Positions 12,121 through 25,000 of a DNA stretch of 64,000 nt are shown here, in pieces (the first letter of the stretch is position 1; each line of letters begins with the position of its first letter). Under the pieces are notes generated by a model. That model had not been told where the DNA came from. It worked only from the letters and a program-made list of their open reading frames with translations, and made no database searches. The stretch covers positions 32,837,455 to 32,901,454 of the forward strand of contig CP154954.1 of NCBI GenBank assembly GCA_039621445.1, read 5' to 3'. The translations under genes and the position numbers were made by a program. The stretch comes from Euglena gracilis. Its lineage: Eukaryota.

Positions 12121-13079
12121 AACGGCGAATGGGGGGTGATAGAGGGCCTCCAGGGATACATTTCGTCAGTGGGACACTTCCGGAAATAATGTACGTTTTC
12201 TCGAGATATTTTCGAAAAATCGATTTTTTGACTGATTTTTGGACCCTGGCGAAATGGCAGAGTCAGAAGAGGGGGGGGGCGGCCTATTCTACCCAGTTTG
12301 GACCCCTTCGAGTTAGGGGTCATATGGCGGTGATTCGGAAACTAGAAATCCAGTCGCTCGCAACTGAAATAAAATTCTGGGAACCGGGTGGGGGTCATGG
12401 TGATAATCCGCGGTTTTCACGGTCTACTCAGGGGTGGGGGGGGGTTCCACCCCCTTTTCCCTGGTGGTAAGCTTCGCTCTTACTCTAAAGAGATAAGAGT
12501 TCAGCGACTGGGGGGGGGGGGTGGGGGGACCCCCCTACCACCTACGTCATATCTGTGGAGATTCCCATACAACCCTGGGGCCTGGTCTGGGAATCGGGGG
12601 GGGGGGGAGGAGGTTCACTTAACTGAATCTGAATGGGGGGTTTGCCGACGTTTTTCGATATTTTCTGTAAAACTTGGGGAGGGAATGCAAAGAACGATTG
12701 GGGCGAGGAAATTTGCGTTCATTATTGGCAAACCATCAACTCTCACCGAAATGACCAGCCATAATCATAATCATAAGGTTAAACCTCACTCCAAGAAATA
12801 CAGGGCCAACTTGTCAAACACCGGACCCTGGTAACACCACTGCCCTCCCCAAATAATATTGTGGTGTCGGGTTTGCTGGACTCTCTTGAAACTGTTTCTG
12901 TTGTCTTTTTCCTGTTCATAAATAAGCATTTCTGTGTTCACCCATCAGTGGGGTTGGTTCAGACTGTGCAAGAACTTCATTGCTGCGCGGGGGTGAGCAG
13001 CAGGTGAGCGAATGGCACCCCGATGCCGCCTTCGTGTGACGGGTAAGGGGAGGAACGGGGTTTGCTGGGAGGCGGTGTG

Positions 13080-16000
13080 CTACCACAGGGAACGATGGGC
13101 ATAGTGCTTCCCCACCGCGAGCAGCACGATGTCGAAGATGAGGTCGGAGCCGGGGCTGATGGTGGCCCCGCCGCACGTGACGCGGGGCAGGCCAGCGGGG
13201 AGAGCCGGCTTCGGCAGTCGCAGCAACCCCAACTTGCCTCTGAGCTCAAAACGGAAGTGGCGCACGGCCAAAGTATTTTTCGTTCAGGAAAGGCCGGTTC
13301 AGTCTTGTACAGGGGGGAGGATGGGTCCCGATGGCCATCTGTACTGCCTTGTCTCCACCGGCTTTGTCCTTCGGATACAGCCGGTAACAAGCTGGTGAGG
13401 GGGGATCTTTCTTGATAGCCGGGGGTCCCCTGCCTAACCCAACGGTGAACTTCATCGGTGAAATTCACCAAAAAGGCGCTTTCTTGCAACTTCTTGAATT
13501 TTCATCAAATTTTTACACCCATTGGTGGCCTGGGCTGCCTTTTCGCCGTAGGCGAGGTCGGCACGAATGTGGAAGCGCGCCTGCTCCCCGAGGGACATGG
13601 TGGGGATGCCCTGGTCCCAGCCCGCGATGACGGCCCCTGCGGGAGGTGGGCGGCGACACCCACAGGGGCGACCCATATCTCCAGCCAGCCAACAACCCCC
13701 GGAATGGGAACGGAAAGGCTGGCACATGGTGGCAGTTGTTGTCAACACCAAACGCTTAACCCTGTTTGAGGCGTTCCTCTGTTAACTGGGGATTGTGTTT
13801 TTTTTAAAGAAACAAATTTGAACAAATGAAGAGGTAGACACTGCCTTTTAAAATTATTTGGCAGCCCCACACCTCTACCTGGAAGCCACGAGGGACAGAT
13901 AATATAATATGTAACTCCCCCCCAAATAACCTGGCAGGGTGCCAGGTTATTGGGACCAACTTCTGGCCCTGCCCCCCCGCCAGGTTATTTTTTTTCAGCG
14001 TCGTAAAGGAATTTTGCCGAAAAAGGGGTGCCAAGTTACTGGAACCATCTTTTTTCCCCTCACCCCCTGCCAAGTCATTCTGCCAGGAGCAAGGGCCCCG
14101 ACAGGTTATTTGGGGGAGGTTTACATATACATATACATGTGTATTCATTTATAACATGTGTCTAATATATTCATTAATGCATGTAATGTACACATATACA
14201 TGTACAAATGTATACATGATATATGATCTGGTGGCATGTGACACGAGGACATTGGATGTGCCATTTTCACCCCCATTTCGGGAAAGAAAGATTTGGCTAA
14301 TCACAGGAGTGGGGCTTAGGCTAGGGTTTGCATTTCCGTTCTTGGGCACCTTTGGACGAATTCAGGCCCAAAGTTAGGCCAGATTTTTTACCGAGCTCCA
14401 CATAAAGCGCTTTGGCGCTGAAGGACTTTCCATCGCTTTAATTTCCAGAAAAACGGAGTCTTAACTTATTTACTCAACTCAGCTGGGCGAGTGGGTGTAA
14501 ATCCCAGCTGTCGCTTACACAGGGGGGTGGAATTGCGCTAGCCTGGCCTTGGGAAAACAAAGATGCATTTTTGGAAAAAATGCGCAATAATATGCAAAAT
14601 CTGAGGGGAAAGCGCAAAAATGATGCAAATACAGAACTTACCTGAAAACATGCAAAAATGGCACCAAATTCACAAGAGTTATGTGTATTTACAAGGAAAA
14701 TCTGAGTTCCAAAAAAAGTAAAAATTTTTCAAAAAATGCAAAATTTGCAAAATGCCCAAAAATGTAAAAAACTGGGTAAATCACGAAAAAGGTGCCAAAA
14801 AGCAAAAAAATGCGCTGAAAAAAATCGAAAAATTTCAGCAAAGATGCAGATTTTTGGAGAATTTGAAAAATGCGCAAAAAATTCACAAACATGCAAAAAA
14901 CATGCGAAACGTACTTCTCCCCTGCTGACAATAAATAAAAAAAAGGTACAAAATGGCGAGAAGGGGATGTTCTACAAAGGTCTGTTTCTTCCTTTCAAAC
15001 TGAGCGGCCTCTCATACACCACTCCATTCATTCAGTACTCGGTTCAAAAGCTGGCAGCACCATGCCACAGGAGGGAAAGCAGAGATACCCTGGCCCAGGA
15101 CAAAGGTGAACGGCTTCTTCTTCTTCAACACGGTGATGCCGTTGCAGGTGTCGGCCCACTCGCCCCGCGACGTGTCGAAGGTGGACCCGTCAGCCGCCAG
15201 TTGAGCCACGGCGCGCTCCGGGCAGGCGGGCGGCGGTCCCGGCCGGGGGGCCCCAGCAGCGGGCAGGGCGGGGGCCGTGCGAGCTGCGCCGCCCGGTCCC
15301 CGGCGGTTCGCAGAAACCCGAACGTCCGGAGGCCCGCAGAGCGAAACCCGAACGTCCGGAGGCCCGCAGAGCGCTCCGTGGGCGTGCCGGTGTAGTGCAC
15401 CATCACGGTCTCCCCGGCGGTAGGGAACGTCGCGCCGTCCCCTGGGACACAGGGGGGCCGGTAGAATACCCTTGGGGGGAGGGTTGGCACATGGTGGGGC
15501 CACCTCCTGGTCTGTCTGGGGGAGGGGGCTGCTTTTCTGGCCCTGCTCGCAGCAGGAATGGGGGAGGGATCGGGCTGAGTCCAAGGCGGTCCTTGAGCGC
15601 AACGGAAATTTCCCGTCCCACCGTATGCAATGTAAATCCATGGGGAAAATGGCGGAAAAATGCCCATTTAGAGAGGTCCACTTCGGGATAAAAATGAGTT
15701 CTGGCATCCTTGAACCTTCGCCCCTCCCCAAACTGCCAAGGAATGCATCGTGCATATCTTTGACATTTTAAGGTTCGACCCCGTTCGACGCCTGGATCAG
15801 CTGTTGGCCTGAAAAGTCCAAGTGTTTTTGAGGCGCGGTCCTTGGCAAGAAAAAAAAGCTCGTCCCATGTGGGCCGCCTGGTTGGGTCAACACTGGATCT
15901 GACCCAAAGAAAATCCCCTTCTTGGAAGTGGTTTCTTTCGAGCCCCTGGCACCGGCTGTGTGATGTGCCTCCAACCTAAAACCCAGCCCACTTCGGGGGA

Positions 16001-16320
16001 GGTACCAAGAGATCCTCTCTCTGGGCTATGGGGGTCTGCACTTCCTCAACTGCCAAAGAGAGCCCGGTTTTTGCCCCAGACGACGTGTCTTTTTTATTCC
16101 CACACAAAAGGGTTTGCAATGTCATGCAAAAAAATCCTTGGGTTCGTGGGTGTTGTTGTTTTTTGGGGGCTGGCCCCACAACGAACTGTTTCCTGGTTTT
16201 ATTGTGCACAGCAAAAAAGGCCCCGCGAAGCAGCAAAAAAGGAAATCGTTTTTGTTCACCTGGCGTGACGATGTCCTTCATCAAGCCGTCGGTGATGGTC
16301 TGTGCAGCAGTCAACGCCAT
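13080..16320 (-). CDS. Single-domain FKBP-type peptidyl-prolyl cis-trans isomerase, 5 exons
   Basis: Exons 16320-16260, 15441-15384, 15201-15089, 13636-~13539 and ~13207/13192-13080 give MALTAAQTITDGLMKDIVTPG|DGATFPTAGETVMVHYTGT|LAADGSTFDTSRGEWADTCNGITVLKKKKPFTFVLGQG|AVIAGWDQGIPTMSLGEQARFHIRADLAYGEK|...LPRVTCGGATISPGSDLIFDIVLLAVGKHYAHRSLW*. Introns 1 and 3 are GT-AG, intron 2 (15383-15202) is non-conventional, and the intron 4 junction is ambiguous. Confidence 0.92.
15313..15372. repeat. 30-bp tandem duplication inside the FKBP non-conventional intron
   Basis: GAAACCCGAACGTCCGGAGGCCCGCAGAGC x2. Confidence 0.85.
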
Positions 16321-17325
16321 CCTACGGCATCCGGGTGGGCATTTGTGTGTCTGCGGTGGACATAGTCCAAGGATGGCCAACTGCCAAACCGTTCGTTCCC
16401 AGCAACTTATCACTGCAAAGGACAATTGACAACCAACCCAAGGCAACATTGTGGGTCATGTTGGAGGGCACCCACTTTATGCACTGTTCACTTGTGGTGA
16501 TTGGTAAAGAGGTTGATATACACCAACTCTGCTGCCCCAACTGCTGCTCCAACCCGGGCGTCGCTTGGTGCCCGAAGGTCCAGCTAACAGGATGGAAAAT
16601 TATGGCGGGCTGGAAAAAAAGGCTGCTGGCTAACCCACCACCCCATGGGGTCCCTGGCTGGAACTGGTCACCAGGGGTTGAACAGGAAATGCAAACTAAA
16701 AGCGCCCCCCCCCCAAACTGCCAACTTTGCAATTTCTGCCAACTTTGCAGGTTTGGGCTGGCAAATTTTTGCCCATTTTTGGTCTATTCCTGCCGAAAGC
16801 AAAAAATTTTTGTCACTGCCCAGCCACCCCAAAGCAAACGGAAAGCAAAACAAAATTAGTTCATAGAGGTTCCGAGGCTGGGAAAAAAGCTGCTGGCTGG
16901 CTGGACCCGCTGGGCCTAAGCGACGCCGCCGGGTGACCGGGGGTTGGATCACCTCCCACACCGCACCGCGCCACAGCCCATTGCCCCACGCACCACACCA
17001 CGTGACGCATCCCACCCCACACGGTTGCCTGTTCCCATTGCAGGTTCAAGGGCCTCTTCCCTCCCTTTTCTCATAAACCCCACCCACCTCATTGCTGACA
17101 ACACATTAGCCAAGGAATCGAGGGGGGGCTTGGGGGGTTTGTTATTTGGGGGGTATCGAATTGAGAGGAGGTTTTCTGTTTTGTTTCACATTGGCCTGAT
17201 AGTGATGGTACTCAAGGCTGAATAGTAATTCATGATGGTGGGCGGGGATTGCAGGTCCACCTCAAAAATGGAAAATATGTCCTTTTGGTTACCTGCAGGA
17301 GGCTCCGCGGAGGCTCGCAGGTTAC

Positions 17326-17737
17326 CAGGCATTGCTTCTTCAAAGGCGCCTGAAAACACTTCAAAAAACCCTAAAACTTTTTTTGGGCAAAACGCTTTAT
17401 AAGACCTTAAAAAACAGTAAAAACCTCAATAAACTTGGAAAATTTTTTGAAGTTTGAGCAAACAAGAAGTCGCAAAATATTGGAAAAAACAGCCAACTCT
17501 GGGGGAGAAAAATGGAACATTGTCTATCCACCCAAAACTCAAAAAAATGGGTTTGATTTCAACCTGGACCGACGTTGGTTCGACGCCCAGATGGCTCTTT
17601 GACCGCCAATGGAAAATGGACGCCTGAAAACTCTTTGAAAATTTCAAAATGCTGTAAAAACCTTTAAAAAAAACCTTAAAAAAATTCCTCAGAAAACTTA
17701 AAAAATTGAGAAATTTCACCTTAAAAAATAATTCCTG
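17326..17737. mobile_element. hAT-like MITE (CAGGCATT... family) with degenerate TSD
   Basis: Termini CAGGCATTG...AATAATTCCTG. Flanks CAGGTTAC / CAGGTAAA match at 6/8. Internal sequence is shared with 43553-43972 and the ends of 48107-49610. Confidence 0.65.
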
Positions 17738-19099
17738 CAGGTAAAGAAGCACTGCGAAGGCTCTGCAGGTAGGGGGTATTTTTAAGACGCAAATCTGCAA
17801 AAAATTTTAAGGTTTTTTAAGGCGTGTTTCAAGGTTTTTCAGGCATTTTCAAAAATTAAAAGCGTCTATTTTCAAAAAGGGAAGTTCAAGGGCCATCCCG
17901 ACATCGAACGGGGTTTAATACTGAAAAGGTCGATAACCCATGCTTTTTTCGAGTTTTGTGGATAGAGAATGTTCCAAGGATGTCGAGGATTTTCCCCCCT
18001 GGTGTTGGCTTGTTCTTGCCAAGCTTTTGCGACATCATTTTTGGCTCTAATTTCGAAAATTTTGCAAAAATGATTTCTTTGAGGCTATTTAAGGGCTTCC
18101 AATGTTTTCCAAGGCATTTTGGCCAAATGGTTTTTTTCAGTTTTTTTTCCGGTTATTTAAGGCGCCTTGAAAAACACCCGTGACCCGCGGGCATCAGCCA
18201 CAGTAATCTTTCTGCATTTTCAAAGCACAGGCAGCACAGCTACAAATGTGCATTGGAATCATCCAACGTGTGCCCAGAATAAGGACTGACATGTGTTGGA
18301 ATGGACGGCAGGACGACGTCAATGGTAGAGGGAAGTCGGGCTTTTGGGTGGACCCGGGGGGAGTGGGCAGGCAGGGGGGCTGCAGGCCACTCCGCCCTGC
18401 TCCTTACCCCAACCCCCTCCCTCACCCCCTTCCTCCCACCCCCGCCCCCCACATTCATGTAACAAAAATCCCATTGTGATATTCACGGGTGAACGCTGTT
18501 GTGCACAAATTCGACTGCATCATGTTGTGGTTCATTCTGTTCATTCTGGGAGAATTTCTTTTGGATTGTGCACATTTTTGCTGAAAGGAGTTCGAAAATT
18601 TGTCACAGCCGCAGGGTGATATTTTTCCATTTCAAACTGTAACTTCAAATTTCAAATAACACAGTGCATGCTTTTTGCCAAAAACAGGTGCTTCAGGGGG
18701 GAAATTGATGTCTGGCGTACTTGGACCATCGCCCATCCACCCATAACATTAAGAATGCGTTTTCTTTCTAAAATCTTAATATTTCACCCTGTCTGATCCC
18801 CGGACCGCCTCAGCTGCCCTTTGACCGAGGTAAAACAGGGACAACCAAATAGAAGTGCCCCCCCCTCCGGTTTTCTGCAGTGCGACCAAATAAATAATTA
18901 CCCCAGGGGGCTTCTAATTGGGGGGGGTTACAAAAGCACGAGAGCAACTCTGCGGACGGAGATAACTCCGATGAGTTCGCTGACGACTGCAACAACATGC
19001 GCAGCGCAACGAAAACGCAACACAAACGGAGAGTGCAACGGCGGCTGCCTGCCCAGCAAGGCTGGGACATGCCCGCGCGTGATTTGCGGAGAGGGCGCT

Positions 19100-22000
19100 T
19101 CACGGCGGCACCCGGAGGGCGTTGGCCAGCTGGTGGAGGGCGACGTTCAGCCGCTCGAGGGGGGCCTCGGCGGTGGGGTCCGCTGGGAGGTGGACTGATA
19201 GACCCGTGCAGGGCTCCAGGGCGGCCAGCTCCAGCAGCCACGCCTGCGGCAGGAGGACGGTCGGCCCCACCAACCCGTGCCATTGATTTCTAAAACTTTG
19301 CCATTTTCTGACATGGAAATTTTTTCATGATTCTGGCAATTGCCATGGCCAGCAAAATGCAAATGAAGCCTCACGGGAGGTCGGCCTGGCTCCGCAAATG
19401 ACACCTCTCTGTTGTTTGTTCTCTGGAAAAATGCATGGTTTGATAACCTCCTCCAACAAAAACCAGTCACCGTTTGAAGGCCAGTCGCCCACTCCACCCC
19501 CCCCCCCTGGGGGTCAGGATTGCACAGGCAAAAATGACTCCAAATAACTGGATTTCAGCCAACTTTCCAAGACTTTTCCGCCTTGGCCATTTTCGGCCAA
19601 TTCTGACGGACCCCACCCCCTGGGGGTCCCGGAGCAAAAAAAGAAAGCCACTTTGAAAACCAGTCCGTCACCCCCCGGGGGGTGGAGTCAGACACAGACC
19701 TTGGCAATCTGGTATGGTCATAACACACGGTCTGTGGGGGGGGGGGCAGACCTGCCAATTCTGCTCCAACTGCATTTCCATGCAGGCACACCCGGCGGGT
19801 GCTGACGAAGAGGGGCGTGAGGCCGCGCAGGCGGACGTGCTTCTCAACCTTCAACAACAGGGCGGCCAGCAGGTCCACGCGCCGGGCCGACTGGGAGGTG
19901 CGGGGGGGCCACGGAAGCCGACGGCTGCGCCAGCCATTGGAGGTCGTCTTGTTCCACCCCCACCCCCCTCCCCCCCCCGGGGAAGTTCGGCATAAAAGCG
20001 GTGGGGGGGCTCTTTGGGGGAGGCCCCCCCAACAGATTGAATTGTTGCCCTGACCCACTTGCTTGGGCGGCAACAAAGGCACGGAAGGGTTTCCCTCAGG
20101 CTGGTGCTTACCAACCGGGGGGGGTGAGGGTGCCTGCCCCCAGCAGGCACACCCCCCGGGGGGGGGGTGGGTTCCGGGGGGGGGACCGAGAAAATTTTCA
20201 TTGAAAATGGCCTTTTCCGGGCTCCTGGCGCCTTCGGCGCCGGGGCCGGAGGGGGGTGCCTGCTATGGGCAGGCACCTGCCAAAACCCTACTCCCCCCCC
20301 CCGGGGGGTCGGATGGGTGCTTACCCCTAGAACCCCCCCCCCCGTGGGGTAGGTACCCGACTAAGCACAAGCCTGGTTTCCCTCTCGCCTGCCTTGATGA
20401 TTCATCCCTCATCCCCATTTCGTCACAGGCGGACATATCCACCAGAAACGATGCAGGGTGACACGTCCAGAAAGGAAGAGACTATGACCTCGCATTTTGG
20501 ACCTGCCTTTCCGGGGTATTTAAACTTCGTTCATAGCAAAAAGGCAGCCCTGTTCATTTTCATCGGAATTGCCCAGAACAAGACTTTTCTATCACAAAAA
20601 TGATTAAAAGATCGAAAAGTTATTTTGGACTTTGGCTTCCATAGAGGGTGGCGATGTCAAACATTTCACATTTTGTGCAAAAATTGGGGTAAAACCCGTC
20701 CCAAATATAAACCCCCCGTTTTTATATTTGGGCGGAAATTCCAAGACCCCCAGGGGGGGGTTTATACTTGTGGGGGCTTTTATATTCGGTCGGAAATACC
20801 AACTTCCTGGCGGGATCCAGTATTCACTTTTTTGGTCCAAAATCACAAATACGCCCACCCTTGGGGGTACAAATATTTCACTTTTCGGGCGAAGGAGCAA
20901 ATTTCACATGTTTTTGGTAAAAATTGTTCCCAAATCTGCCAAAAACCACAATTTCAGGAGATATTTTGTCGGAACTTTTTCCTTCCGGTGCTTCGCGCTG
21001 GAGAGGGGTTTTATATTCGGGCAGGATATCAAGGTCCTCAGGGGGGGGTGTTTATATTTGGGGGGTTTTTGTATTCGGGGGGGGGGTTAAAATTTGGGGG
21101 GTTTACTCTATCATTGGCGGTCATGTCAACTGGCCTTGAAATACCCCACTGTTTGTGCGTACTACTGCAGGACTCACGCCCTTAAAGATTCCTTGTTCCC
21201 CTGCACAATTTTTCGGAGCCAACAGTGCCCCTGTAGGATTCCTCAACCCCGGGGAAGGGGGTCCTTAAGCAAAAAAAATTCTGTTCCAGCACATTCAATG
21301 CAAAATCCGCTGGACAAATGGCCGAAAAAACGGCCGCATTTTGGCCAAAAGCTGCATTCCCGGTGGTTCGGGGCCAACGCCGGCGGCACACACCGCCACC
21401 CGGGCCACCCACAACTGCCGCCGCTCAGCCCACGGGGCGCAAAAGTCACCGGCGGCCCACACCCGCTCCTCGAGGCGCAGCAGCGCACTCTGTGCAGAGA
21501 AAGCAAACAGGGGTGTGAGAAAGCCAACTGCACACGTGTCCGGGAGCGAGTGCCGGGAGTTCTCCATCTGGTGGCCATCCCTCATTCAGCTGGGAGCAGG
21601 GGATTTCTTAAGGAACTCTTGGGGGGGGGGAGGAGGCGGTCCAGTCCAGGGGTTTTCCCAAGCTGGATGGACCCCTACCGGGGGGGGGGGCAGCCAGCCA
21701 GCACCTTTTCTCCAGCCAGCACCTCCCAGCCAGTCCGCTTTATTTCAGCGGACCCCCCCGGGGTCCGCTGAAGAAAAGTTCGGGCTGGACCGAAATTTTT
21801 TTTTTGAAATTTCGAAAAAAAAATTCGAAATTTTGGAAAGAGGCGTCAAAAATGGCCAAAAATGGCAGTTCAGGGTGGTTTCACCTCCAGTTTTTGGATG
21901 CAAAATGCCAACCCAGCTGGATTTGTGCTTTTTTGGGGTATATTTTTGGGGGTACTAGCTCCCAGCTTGCCGGACCCCTCCTGGACCCACCCCTGGGAGG

Positions 22001-25000
22001 GGGGGTTCCAAAAGCACCTTGTTTCAAGCCAGCACCTTTTTTCAGCAGGTCTGTGGGACCCCCCCCCCTGGGGGTCCTTGAGAAAACCCCTGGTCCAGTC
22101 AGCCAGCTGGAAAAAGGTGCGCTGACCCCCATTTTAGTAGGGGTATTCCAGGTTCCAGGGGTCCTACTGGCTGCTGGGCTGGCCCCAGCTGTGACTCAAA
22201 ACAGGCAAAAATCCCAAATCTGTCCGGGGTGGAAATTCTTAGCCAAATTTTTGAGGTGAAGACACAACACCCAAAAAGCCATTTCTGGGTGTTTGAAAAT
22301 TATTTGGCCTATCCTTGCTTCCCCAGGCAAGAGAAACTGTGTTTCCACTTGAGCCCAAATGGGAGCTGCTGGCTGGAAAAAAGGTGCTGTCTGGCTGGAC
22401 CCCCAAGAGTTCTGGGTCCAAAGGATTCACTTGTCATCCCCCCCCCGTTTGGGGTCACAGGGGAATCAAACCACCCACCACTTTTTTGAAAACCCACCCA
22501 TGCACGCCTCTCCCCCCACGGGGGGTCCGTCCACACCCCGGGGGGGTTGGGGTGTGCATGTGCCATGGGCCGGAATTTTCAAAACGATTTGGCAAATTCT
22601 TAGAGGGTTTTGGGTGGGACCCAAACATGGATTTCAGGGGTGCAAAGGCCAGAACATTTATTTGGTGTCTCCATTCTTAAAAAAGGGATGCCCAATTAAT
22701 AATAATGATCGTCCACTCGGACAAAAAATGGTTGTTTAAATTGGTCAGGCTCCGAAATGCACCTGTTGTAATGGCTGCAATCTTGTGCTCCTTGATTTTG
22801 CTTTTACAAAAAATCCAATCCTTGTCTTTAGCGAATTTGTTGTTAAATTCCAATTGATCCAACCTATTTCGCTTACGGTGAAAAAAGACACCTTTTTCGC
22901 AAGGGAAACCATAATTGATTTGGAGAAATTCCTGATTGGACGTGATGCACTGCAGAATATATCTTCCCCGTGCACAGGTGGGAAACATTCTCGACGCAGC
23001 GCATCGCTCACCGCCCCTCTCGGCAGCGCGGGTGCCGGCACCTGAAGACCGTCCATCGAGAGCATCAACGACGCCCGCCGCTCGTCCTTCTGCAGGGAGC
23101 TGCGCAGCGCCAGGCCCAGCTCTGTGCAGACCACCGCTGCCAGCAGGGACCGGACCCACTCCGCCGCCATGAAGGGCCGGGAGGCCACCACTGTGGGGGG
23201 GGGGGGCAGGGATGCCACAAGAACAGAAGCTGCACAGCAAACAGAGCCTCCATCAGCACTCCTTGAAGTTTTGGGGTAAACATTTTCCGGTGGGAGACGA
23301 TTGGAGAAGCCAATGCACTTAAAAGGCAGTTTTTTCACCAGTGCCAGCAGGAACAAAGATCACAGGGGAAACCTGAAGACAGGTGTGAAAAAAATCAGTA
23401 TTCTCGGAGGCAGACGACCACACTCTGAAGAGCATCCAGCGCAGTTGGCCAACCCCCGACGGCCTCTCGCCATGCTCCCTGCAAAACCCCTCCACCCCTC
23501 CCCTGCCAGGGTCTTGGCAGGGGTGGGGTGCCCGGCTCTGCTGCGGACACACCGAGGAGGGCGGCGTAGGAGAGCCGGCGCAGCCGCCCCACGCACGGCA
23601 CGGAGCAGGCCTGCGGGCCGCCGATGACCAACGCCAGCAGCGCCGCGGCCACTGGGCCGGGGACGGGCACACGCAAAAGGTGCGCACGGAGCGGCGCTGC
23701 CCGGGCGATGCCGGGGGGGGGGGGCAGGGCCGCCAGGCCGCTGTGTGTTGTTCTGGGAAACGTACGAAAGCTGTTGTTGCCCTTCGGGCGGATGTTTGTT
23801 TCTGGGGTTCCATGAGCGTTGCAGCCGTTTCGTGAACTCCACCCGTGTCATATCTTTGTTTTGCCTTACGGCTCTGGGAACTGACTGGCGAAGCGGACGT
23901 ATTGTGTAAGCTATGCTGCCTCTGCGATGGCCATCACAAGGGCGCCCGAGTTTCATCGAACGGCATGTGCCATGGACGTATTTCCCGCAACGACAGCGGC
24001 AGCAGCAGCAGCAGCAACAACAACAAAACACGACATGGAAAAAAAAAGGCAGCTGCACCACCCAGGGTTGCCACCAGAATAACCCTATGGGGTATCGATG
24101 CGTTGGTTGGAGGATATTAAGACACTTACATTTATTACTTTTTGGATTTTGGTCACAGATGGAGACAAGAAATGAGTCAGGTTTTGTGTGTTCGGGCTGG
24201 AAGAAAGAAACCTGAGTGTTGGCGACATTCCGGCCAAGAATACTAAACCAGACCCCATTCCCATTTCACGCAATAACAGAGCTTCGGTTAAGCCGAAATG
24301 GACTCCATTCCCCAGGGATTACGATGTATTTGCAGCGTGTGAAATTTTGGTGGTGTAACACAGATTTTGATTTTCTTCGCCAGTTGCTTTTTGCTGAAGA
24401 AAGAAGGGGCCCAGAGGGGCACGGAGGTGGGACCTCCTCCACACTTCACCCCGATCTCAGAGTTCAGTGAGGTTTGAGGTTAGAACAGGGAGTGGGGAGA
24501 GCACACCCGTCATCCAAGCCGCTGCATCGCTCCTCAGCGCGGGGAGAGTGCGGACGGCCACCAACAGCGCCAGGCACAGATGCAAGAAGGCGTTCAGACC
24601 ACGGCTGGAGTGGTCTCCGGCGGCCGTGCGGTGGGCCTCCCCCTCTGGACGCCCCCCCCGAATCAGCCAAAGCTTCCGCACGGTCCTTGAGGAGCAAAAA
24701 AAACTGGCGTTCGGCTCATTCCACTTCCAACCCAGGGAGAAGACGACAACATTTGAACTGCATTGGCGAAGACAGGTCCGCTTTGGCAAAAAACAAGCTG
24801 ACTTCCGGCATCCGTGGACGAGTTGGCCATCCATCTGCAACCTCAAAAGAAGGCGGGTTTGAAGTTTTTAACTTTCCACCCCATTGGCCCTCTGGTCAAA
24901 GTGGGGTCCTCAAAGGCCGGTCCTTGGTGAAAAAACTACCCGTCCCTTGAAAGCCAGCCGGCTTGGTGCACCGAGGGCTTTGCACCAACCCGGCTCATTC

